DNA of 64,000 nt from Nitrosopumilus sp. (GTDB lineage: Archaea; Thermoproteota; Nitrososphaeria; Nitrososphaerales; Nitrosopumilaceae). Under the pieces are notes generated by a model, which worked only from the letters and a program-made list of their open reading frames with translations, was not told the origin of the DNA and did no database searches. This document shows positions 1-7,677 of this stretch, one piece after another; the stretch's first letter is position 1, and every line of letters starts with the position of its first letter. Made by a program: the position numbers and the translations under genes. The stretch is taken from assembly GCA_965207075.1 (NCBI GenBank), contig CBDBLO010000002.1, positions 1,408,001 to 1,472,000 on the forward strand, given 5' to 3'.

Positions 1-1991
1 ACGGCAGGACGTGGGTGACGTATACGTTCCACAATCCAGACACGGGCGTGGAGCAGCTCAAGCGCTCGTACCTCCAGCTGCACGACGGCATAGTCTTTGG
101 ATCCGGTTACTACCTGCTCGACTCCCACGTTCAGGGAGTAACGCAAAGTAGGATGCTAGAGTACTCGAACAACGGCAGGGACGCGGCCATCGCCTCCATC
201 AACACGATCCCCGGCGCGCCGTTCACCACGTACGCCTTTGTGGTCGACCCACGAACCGGGGAGACGGTGGCGCAGAACGTGGATCCCGGCGCGATAGGCG
301 CCACCACCGACTGGGACGCCATTACAGGCGTGCTGTCGGCGCAAGAGATCATCGATGCCACGGGCCAGGGAACCGGCACGTGGGTCAGCTACCCGCACAC
401 CAACCCCGTGACCGGCGAGACGGAGACCAAGCGCTCGTGGCTTGCCATGCATGACGGCCTGATATTCGGGGCCGGATACTATACGTCGGACATACCCGAG
501 TCAGACGTCAGGTTTGCAGTCAGCAACGCGATACGCATCTACGAGACCAACCAGGCAAACGACGCGTGGATCGACATCATAACGCCGGATGCGCCCATCA
601 CGACTGACGCGCTATACCCGTTTGTGATACGCGCTAGCGACTGGACCAGGGTGGCAGACGGCGTCGTGCCCGCCCGGGTCGGGCAGCCTGAGACCATACT
701 GGACACGTCTGCAAGAACACCCGGGGACGTGCTGGCAGAGCTCAGGGAGAATGGAAGCCTGTGGGTGACGTACATATTCCACAATCCCGCCACCGGGGTG
801 GAGCAGCTCAAGCGTTCGTACCTCCAGCTGCACAAAGGATTGGTGTTCGGGTCCGGCTACTATGTGCTGGAGTCCAACGTGCAGTCGGCGTCGCACAGCC
901 GCATACTAGAGTACGAGCGCGACGGAAGGGACGCCGCCCTTGCCTCCATCAACGCGATCCCCGAGAGCCCCATATCCACGTACGTCTTTGCCGTACATTC
1001 CTTGACGGGGTCCACGGTGGCGCAGAACGCAGATCCAAGGCTGATAGGAGTCTCCGACTGGGATGCCATCGTGGCCGTGCACCGGGCAGAGGACATCAGG
1101 GACGCGACAGACAAGGGAACCGGCGCGTGGGTCAGCTACCCGCACACCAACCCCGTGACCGGCGAGACGGAGACCAAGCGCTCGTGGCTCGTCATGTTCG
1201 ACGACCTGATATTCGGGGCCGGATACTATACATCGGACATACCAGCGTTAGACGTCAGGTTTGCAGTCAGCAACGCGATACGCATCTACGAGACCAACCA
1301 GGCAAACGACGCGTGGATCGACATCATAACGCCGGATGCGCCCATCACGACTGACGCGCTATACCCGTTTGTGATAGACGCGGCCACTTGGACCAGGCTG
1401 GCAGACGGCGTCGTGCCCGCCCGGGTCAACCAACCTGAGACCATACTGGACACGTCTGCAAGAACACCCGGGGACGTGCTTGCAGAGCTCAGGGAGAAGG
1501 GAAGCCTGTGGGTGACGTACATATTCCACAATCCCGCCACGGATGTCGAACAGTTCAAGCGCTCGTACCTCCAGCTGCACGACGGGCTGGTGTTCGGGTC
1601 CGGATACTACATACTGGATTCCAGCGTGCAGTCGGCGTCGCACAGCCGCATACTAGAGTACGAGCGCGACGGCAGGGACGCGGCCATCGCCTCCATCAAC
1701 ACTATCCCCGACGCGCCGTTCACCACGTACGCCTTTGTGGTCGACCCAGAAACCGGGAACACGGTGGCGCAGAACGTGGATCCTGATTGGATAGGCTACA
1801 CCACCGACTGGGGAGCCATTACCTCGGTGCACTCATCACAGGGCATTGTGGACGTGATAAGCCGGGGAACCGGCACGTGGGTCAGCTACCCGCACACCAA
1901 CCCCGTGACCGGCGAGGAGGAGACCAAGCGCGCATGGCTCGTCATGTTCGACGGCCTGATATTCGGGGCAGGATACTATACGTCGGACATC
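1..1991 (+). repeat. Intragenic tandem repeat, ~750-nt unit, >2.5 copies
   Basis: TGGGTCAGCTACCCGCACACCAACCCCGTGACCGGCGAG recurs at 381, 1128 and 1878. Confidence 0.95.
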
Positions 1992-2051
1992 CTTGCCACG
2001 CCTCCGTCCGGTCCGGGCTTTGATGGCGCCTTCAAAACGGTGTGCAGATGA
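1..2051 (+). CDS. Tandem single-Cache (sCache_2-like) repeat protein, 5'-truncated by the window
   Basis: Open frame from the window edge. Alternating ~125-aa domains end in WVxY...NPxTG.E..KRS[YW]...DGLxFG[SA]GYY, typical of single Cache domains. DNA period is 747-750 nt. Confidence 0.8.
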   Translation, partial: GRTWVTYTFHNPDTGVEQLKRSYLQLHDGIVFGSGYYLLDSHVQGVTQSRMLEYSNNGRDAAIASINTIPGAPFTTYAFVVDPRTGETVAQNVDPGAIGATTDWDAITGVLSAQEIIDATGQGTGTWVSYPHTNPVTGETETKRSWLAMHDGLIFGAGYYTSDIPESDVRFAVSNAIRIYETNQANDAWIDIITPDAPITTDALYPFVIRASDWTRVADGVVPARVGQPETILDTSARTPGDVLAELRENGSLWVTYIFHNPATGVEQLKRSYLQLHKGLVFGSGYYVLESNVQSASHSRILEYERDGRDAALASINAIPESPISTYVFAVHSLTGSTVAQNADPRLIGVSDWDAIVAVHRAEDIRDATDKGTGAWVSYPHTNPVTGETETKRSWLVMFDDLIFGAGYYTSDIPALDVRFAVSNAIRIYETNQANDAWIDIITPDAPITTDALYPFVIDAATWTRLADGVVPARVNQPETILDTSARTPGDVLAELREKGSLWVTYIFHNPATDVEQFKRSYLQLHDGLVFGSGYYILDSSVQSASHSRILEYERDGRDAAIASINTIPDAPFTTYAFVVDPETGNTVAQNVDPDWIGYTTDWGAITSVHSSQGIVDVISRGTGTWVSYPHTNPVTGEEETKRAWLVMFDGLIFGAGYYTSDILATPPSGPGFDGAFKTVCR

Positions 2052-2179
2052 TAAGCAGGCCGCACGCATACTGCCCGCCGCAGCAACAGCAGATGATCTA
2101 TTGAGCGCCCAAAGCCTGCCGGCAACATACTACGCAGGACGCAAGGGTTAAATCACAAATGTCCAGACGCTACCCAAGG

Positions 2180-2256
2180 GCCGCCCTAGCTCAGCGTGGT
2201 AGAGCATCCGACTGTTAATCGGACGGTCGTCAGTTCAAGTCTGATGGGCGGCGCCA
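2180..2256 (+). tRNA. tRNA-Asn(GTT), CCA encoded
   Basis: Acceptor stem GCCGCCC/GGGCGGC, anticodon arm TCCGA-CT-GTT-AA-TCGGA, GTTCAAGT T-loop, TATA-like GGTTAAAT at ~2146. Confidence 0.95.
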
Positions 2257-2417
2257 TCACACCTTCTTCTTCATCCCGCCACCGTCATTGCCGCCCGCAT
2301 TGCCGTCGCATCACTATCATAACCCGCCCGCACACCACACAGGTTCTTGCGCGCCGGCCCCGTACCGCAGACGGTAAATACCGGTCCGGCCATCCAGTGT
2401 CATGGGGCTGTACGCGG

Positions 2418-2669
2418 TTGCCTAGGACAAGGAGGGCCAACAGATACTGCGTGGACTGCGGGGCGAGGCTCGTGTATTATCCGCGCCTCTCAAACCCAAA
2501 GGCGCCAAACGAGCACAGGGTGCTGGTGTATGCGTGCCCCGACTGCACGGCCGACTTTGAGAAGCCAAAGCTGCTCTCAATACGCCGCAACCAGGTGGAC
2601 GAGCCGCTTGAGGCAGTAGAGGTAGAGATTACGCAAGAGCGCAAAAAGGCCGGCAAAGGCCATACGTGA
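2418..2669 (+). CDS. Small zinc-ribbon protein
   Basis: CVDC...CPDC pairs. TTG start downstream of the tRNA is inferred. Confidence 0.75.
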   Translation: MPRTRRANRYCVDCGARLVYYPRLSNPKAPNEHRVLVYACPDCTADFEKPKLLSIRRNQVDEPLEAVEVEITQERKKAGKGHT

Positions 2670-2774
2670 CCGGCAGCGGCCGTCCTGTCCCAAGCGCGCC
2701 CGCAGCATAGACCAACGGGGGCGGCTTGGCGGCAGTGGCACGGAGGCGGACGCAAGGGTGGCGGCGCATCTTCG

Positions 2775-5357
2775 TCACGCCTCTATTATTATGGCCGCCC
2801 TTGCATCCTCGGCCAGCTCGCCCCGTACGGCGCTCAGCACGTGGGACGGCGATGTCAGCCCCGAATAGTCCAGCATCCTGACGTCGTCTATCAGATGGAC
2901 GGGCGGGGCTATCCCGGAGTGTCTGGACTTCATGTACTCGTCAAGCTTCTCGGTTACGGCATGCTTGCCACCATGAAAGATCACGTCGCATGCAACGTCC
3001 AACTTCGACCTGCCAAACCTGTCAAGCACCAAGACTCGCCGCCTGTCATTCTTGCCAAACAGGCGCCGCCGCGTCGCGGGTCCGACCATCGCCATGAAGT
3101 GATCCGATTCAAACTCCAGATTTACCAGGCCGGCGTCCACCTGCATTATCTCAGACGCCCTTTTGAGCGCCTCATCAGGGCCGAATGCGGCAAGCATCCC
3201 GGCATCGGACGGCGCAGCCGCTGCAGCCGGCGACTCCGCTGCGCCTCTGCCGTGACCTGATCCCGCCTCGCCTGATGTCGTCCCATGCAGGCCGGCAGAG
3301 GCCTCCTCCATTGCAACGCTGCCGGTTGCCGTAATGCGCAGTATTCCTTTGTCTGATATGTGCCTGCTGTCTATCCTGACTGACTCTGGGACGGCTCCCT
3401 TCTTGATCAGGCCGGTGCGCGCATCCTTGTGGGCCGCCGATATCATCTCCGGCGTCGGATCAGTCATTGCAATCTCAAGCTCCTCCTGCAGCATCGATGA
3501 CGCAACGCCTATTGACGATATGACTTCCGCATGCGGGGCCTTCTCGTATGTCATGCCCATGTTTTTTGCCACCTCCGGGACAAGCACGGACGCCCCTCCG
3601 CCGCCTCCTATCACCTTTGTCGTCCTGGCCTCCATCTTGTACTCTTTTAGGACCCGGCTCACCGTCTTTGTAATCTCCTGGGCGGACGTCAGGATTACCG
3701 ACATCGCGGCCTCCGAATATGAGACTCCCATAGCATCGCCAAGCTTGCGCAGGGCGGCTTTTGCGGCGGCCTCGCTGCCACCACCACCACCGCCGCCGCA
3801 CTCAGAGTAATCGCCGCTCGGTATGCGTCCGAGCGCATTTGCGGCGCACGTGTTTGTTATTGCGTAGGTAGTGCCGTCGCCACACCTTATTGCAGCATAT
3901 TCGGGTTCGTCGTTTGGCCTGGGGCTTATCATGACAAGCTGCCCCGATTCTACATCCGATGCGTTCTCGGCATAGCATGCGTACCGCAGCCCCGCAATGT
4001 GGGCGCTTCTCGGCCCGACGCGGTGCACGCGCTTCTTGCGCACCACAACCATGCTGCCCCCTGCCACCCCCACTATCCGAACATCCATGGAGCGTATGCA
4101 CGTGGGATGATCTCGTATCGTAACGTAGCGTATCTCGGGCCTGCCGTCTTTTATTATGCAGATGTTAGTCGAGGTGCCCCCCACCTCGATGAATATTCCG
4201 TTTGTGACGCGCAGGTGCAAGAGCGCGCCTGCCACGCTGGCGGCGGGGCCGGACAGCACCGTAAGGATGGGCCTCGAGCGGAACGTCGACATGCTGGTGA
4301 CCCCCCCGTCGCCGCGCATTATCAGCAGCGGGGAGGTGACGCCGGCCTCTGACATGGCCCCCTCGACAAAGTCTGCGACCTGGAGGGTCTTTGGCATTAT
4401 GCTTGCGTTTACGGCCGCAGTCAGCGTGCGAATCTCAAGCCCGTACGTGCCCGATATCTCATGCGACGCGGTGCAGGGCAGTCCCGCGGCTGCCGCCTGC
4501 TCTGCGACAAACTCCTCGTTTGCGGGATCGTCTACCCCGAACATCTCAGTGGCGACTATGCACTTGGCGCCCGAGTCGCGCATGCGTGCTATCACGCCTG
4601 AGACCTCTTGCTCTGTTATCAGGTGTGACGTGTCCAAGAATTCGTGGTACGTGTGCAGGTTCTTGCTTGAACTGCCCTTGTGGCCTTGAAGGATCGAGCT
4701 GCGTTCATCAAGCCGGGTCCTCTTGATGACGTCTTTTTTTGTCGGGCCGACGCCCATTGCCACGATCCCGACAGGATACGTGTCGCCCTCAAGCAGTGCG
4801 TTTATGGCCTGCGTGGTGCTGTGCGCGACCAGATCTATGTCGTCGAGCGCCGTGCCCGAATCGTGTACCACGCGCGTAAACGCATCAAGTATTCCATCCG
4901 ACACGCCACGTCTGGCATCGTGCGTGGTCGGCACCGTAGATACCGAGACGATGTCCCCGGTGGCGGAGTCTATTGCGACTGCCTTTGTAAACGTGCCCCC
5001 CACATCTATGCCAATACGGACGCGTCGGCGGTAGGCGACACTGCCGATCTCCTCGCCGTTACTGTCAGCCGAGTTTTTGCCGTCGTCGCGCATGCGGGCG
5101 TTGCCGCGGCCGTTGCTTCTGCCGACGCTGCTACCCGTGCCATCACCATCTCTGCCATTATCATAATTCTCGCCATTGCGGTCAAGATTGTAGCGGTATG
5201 TCTCCAAGGCAGGGATCGGGCAGGCATCATCATCATCGCCACCACCATCAAGAAGAAGAATACGGCGCGCACTTGCCGCGCGATGATTCGCGCATTCGGA
5301 ATTTGGACGGTACTCAAACTCGCGTATGTGGTGAGTCCGAGATGGGCCGCCTGACAT
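2775..5357 (-). CDS. Hydantoinase A/5-oxoprolinase family protein (start uncertain)
   Basis: IGIDVGGTFTKAV, AHSTTQAINALLE, LSGPAASVAGA and EVGGTSTNI motifs. The N-terminal ~110 aa are low complexity. Confidence 0.88.
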   Translation of the reverse strand: MSGGPSRTHHIREFEYRPNSECANHRAASARRILLLDGGGDDDDACPIPALETYRYNLDRNGENYDNGRDGDGTGSSVGRSNGRGNARMRDDGKNSADSNGEEIGSVAYRRRVRIGIDVGGTFTKAVAIDSATGDIVSVSTVPTTHDARRGVSDGILDAFTRVVHDSGTALDDIDLVAHSTTQAINALLEGDTYPVGIVAMGVGPTKKDVIKRTRLDERSSILQGHKGSSSKNLHTYHEFLDTSHLITEQEVSGVIARMRDSGAKCIVATEMFGVDDPANEEFVAEQAAAAGLPCTASHEISGTYGLEIRTLTAAVNASIMPKTLQVADFVEGAMSEAGVTSPLLIMRGDGGVTSMSTFRSRPILTVLSGPAASVAGALLHLRVTNGIFIEVGGTSTNICIIKDGRPEIRYVTIRDHPTCIRSMDVRIVGVAGGSMVVVRKKRVHRVGPRSAHIAGLRYACYAENASDVESGQLVMISPRPNDEPEYAAIRCGDGTTYAITNTCAANALGRIPSGDYSECGGGGGGGSEAAAKAALRKLGDAMGVSYSEAAMSVILTSAQEITKTVSRVLKEYKMEARTTKVIGGGGGASVLVPEVAKNMGMTYEKAPHAEVISSIGVASSMLQEELEIAMTDPTPEMISAAHKDARTGLIKKGAVPESVRIDSRHISDKGILRITATGSVAMEEASAGLHGTTSGEAGSGHGRGAAESPAAAAAPSDAGMLAAFGPDEALKRASEIMQVDAGLVNLEFESDHFMAMVGPATRRRLFGKNDRRRVLVLDRFGRSKLDVACDVIFHGGKHAVTEKLDEYMKSRHSGIAPPVHLIDDVRMLDYSGLTSPSHVLSAVRGELAEDARAAIIIEA

Positions 5358-5625
5358 GTACGGAGATGCAAGACCAGATGACGGTGATGGCACACCGCGT
5401 TGCGGCCAGTGTTCATTATAAATATTCAAAAAACAACCACGAATGCCAGGACTATGCGCAAATGCATCACATGTCGCTCATCATCATCATCATCTTTCAT
5501 CATCGTCATTATTGTTACCACCACCACCACCATAACAGGGCCATTGGCATCGGCAATGAAGAGCCAATTCTAGAAATCTAGATCAAACCCATGAAGCATG
5601 CGGACTGTTTATAACAAAACACCCC

Positions 5626-7422
5626 GTGTCGGATTTAATGATTAGAAGGACAGTAATAATGACATCCATAATGACCATGGCCGTGGCGCTTTCCGTCACG
5701 ACATCACACATTGCATACGGAGAAGATATCGGCGTGCCAGAAAAACTCGAATTCGGGGCCGCGCTCGAGGAGACGTTGGGGCACTTTAGGGCGCTCGAGC
5801 TGAACCTGGACGCGGGCAACGGGGATCTTGCCAGGACGCACGCGACGCACCCGGTGGCCGAGCTGTACGACTCTATGAAGCCCACGCTGGCCGCGGCCGA
5901 TCCCGCGCTCGACAGAAAGCTCGGGACCATGCTTGACGAGCTGAGGGACAAGGCGAGCACAGAGGTAAGCCGGAGCGAGGCGCAGTCCGCAATCGACGAC
6001 GCAAAGGAGGCAGTTGAGGAGGCCCGCATGGCCGTCATCGGCGCGGATCTCAGCTCCGACCCTGCATTCAAGCTAAATCTCATGAAGACCCTGCTTGAGA
6101 CGTCCGCTGCCGAGTACGGCGAGGCCGTCTCAGACGGAAGGATAACCGAGATGGCAGAGTTCCAAGATGGCTCCGCATTCGTGTGGCGCTCGCAGCAGGT
6201 GCTGCAGACCATGGAGTCCGAGCTGGGCTCCGAGACATACGGGTACCTAGAACTGTCGTACGGAAGCCTCTGGGACGCGTACGATGCAAGACTTGATCCC
6301 TCCGAGGTGTCCGGACTTACAGACTCGGTACTCGGACAGGTCGAGGTTGCGGTTAACGAGCAGCTTGCAGAAAGACTCGAATTCGGGGCCGCGCTCGAGG
6401 AGACGTTGGGGCACTTTAGGGCGCTCGAGCTGAACCTGGACGCGGGCAACGGGGATCTTGCCAGGACGCACGCGACGCACCCGGTGGCCGAGCTGTACGA
6501 CTCTATGAAGCCCACGCTGGCCGCGGCCGATCCCGCGCTCGACAGAAAGCTCGGGACCATACTTGACGAGCTGAGGGACAAGGCGAGCACAGAGGTAAGC
6601 CGGAGCGAGGCGCAGTCCGCAATCGACGACGCAAAGGAGGCAGTTGAGGAGGCCCGCATGGCCGTCATCGGCGCGGATCTCAGCACCTACTACGGGTTCA
6701 AGCTGATGCTTATGACAACCCTGCTTGAGACGTCCATAGCCGAATACGGCGAGGCCGTCTCAGACGGAAGGATAACCGAGATGGCAGAGTTCCAAGATGG
6801 CTCCGCATTCGTGTGGCAAGCCGAGCAGATTCTGCGCACTATGGAGGGCGACCTTGACGGAGACGACTACGAGGAGCTTGTCGGGGTATTCGACGAGATA
6901 AACGAGGCGTACGACGACAGGCTTGACCCGTCGGAGATCGACGAGCGCACCAGCTACCTGCTTGCTGAGATAAACGGAATTCTCGGCGTAACAGGCGGTG
7001 ATGAGGACACGCTTCTGACATATGTCGACAACATCAACATGCTCCTTGAAGAGGCACGTGAAGAATACAATGCAGGTAACTCTGATCTGGCCTTGAGCCA
7101 CGTCACAAAGGCGTACCTGAACAACTACGAATTCCTAGAGATGCCACTTATGGAAGCAGGCGAGAGGGAGCTTATGGAAAGAGTCGAGGTGATGATGCGG
7201 GAAGAGCTGCGCAACATGATAAAGCAGGGTGCTCCCGCATCAGAGGTCAGCGATCAGATAGATGCTATACTGGTAGAGATGGAGGCGGTGGCAGTCATCG
7301 TCCCAGAGTTTGGGGTCATGGCATCGGTCGTACTTGCAGCAGCGGTTGCACTAGTACTGGGTCTTTCCACGCGCAGCCACCGCATTGCAGGCGTTTCGAT
7401 ACTGCCGACGCGAACAGTATAG
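5626..7422 (+). CDS. Secreted PEFG-CTERM surface protein with duplicated acidic helical domain, probably iron-uptake associated
   Basis: N-terminal signal-like segment and C-terminal VPEFG + hydrophobic helix + basic residues. Lies directly upstream of FTR1. Confidence 0.8.
   Translation: MSDLMIRRTVIMTSIMTMAVALSVTTSHIAYGEDIGVPEKLEFGAALEETLGHFRALELNLDAGNGDLARTHATHPVAELYDSMKPTLAAADPALDRKLGTMLDELRDKASTEVSRSEAQSAIDDAKEAVEEARMAVIGADLSSDPAFKLNLMKTLLETSAAEYGEAVSDGRITEMAEFQDGSAFVWRSQQVLQTMESELGSETYGYLELSYGSLWDAYDARLDPSEVSGLTDSVLGQVEVAVNEQLAERLEFGAALEETLGHFRALELNLDAGNGDLARTHATHPVAELYDSMKPTLAAADPALDRKLGTILDELRDKASTEVSRSEAQSAIDDAKEAVEEARMAVIGADLSTYYGFKLMLMTTLLETSIAEYGEAVSDGRITEMAEFQDGSAFVWQAEQILRTMEGDLDGDDYEELVGVFDEINEAYDDRLDPSEIDERTSYLLAEINGILGVTGGDEDTLLTYVDNINMLLEEAREEYNAGNSDLALSHVTKAYLNNYEFLEMPLMEAGERELMERVEVMMREELRNMIKQGAPASEVSDQIDAILVEMEAVAVIVPEFGVMASVVLAAAVALVLGLSTRSHRIAGVSILPTRTV
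5745..6684 (+). repeat. Near-identical 310-bp intragenic direct repeat (5745-6054 / 6375-6684; offset 630 nt)
   Basis: Direct comparison shows one mismatch by eye (5931 G vs 6561 A). Similarity continues at ~6088-6187 vs ~6718-6817. Confidence 0.95.
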
Positions 7423-7435
7423 AACGTCCAAACAC

Positions 7436-7455
7436 TCTTTATTTTTTTATTTTTG
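7436..7455 (+). terminator. T-rich archaeal terminator
   Basis: TCTTTATTTTTTTATTTTT right after the 7422 stop. Confidence 0.55.
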
Positions 7456-7677
7456 ATCACGCGCGCCGCCAAGCGTATTGGCGATCCTGCACGTTACGGC
7501 TGCGCTTATACGCACTATGAACGAACGACTACGCGTGCTGCCCACCACCACTCATGCTCGATCATACCATCAATTCTGATACGGTGATGCGGCTATCACA
7601 TGATCATACGATACCTCAGCTTCTAGAATCTTGTAATGAAATTCGGGTTTAAATTGATCTGACGGGAACAGCGTATA

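Noticed and set aside
1-2051. Cache repeats as a diversity-generating retroelement TR/VR pair
   Set aside because: Differences are not adenine-specific, all copies are in-frame coding units, and there is no reverse transcriptase in the window.
2180-2256. tRNA-Asn as an integration site of an island
   Set aside because: I saw no duplicated tRNA 3' end and no integrase in the window.
2196-2417. 5' extension of ORF 2196-2669
   Set aside because: It overlaps tRNA-Asn. The protein-like part starts at about 2418.
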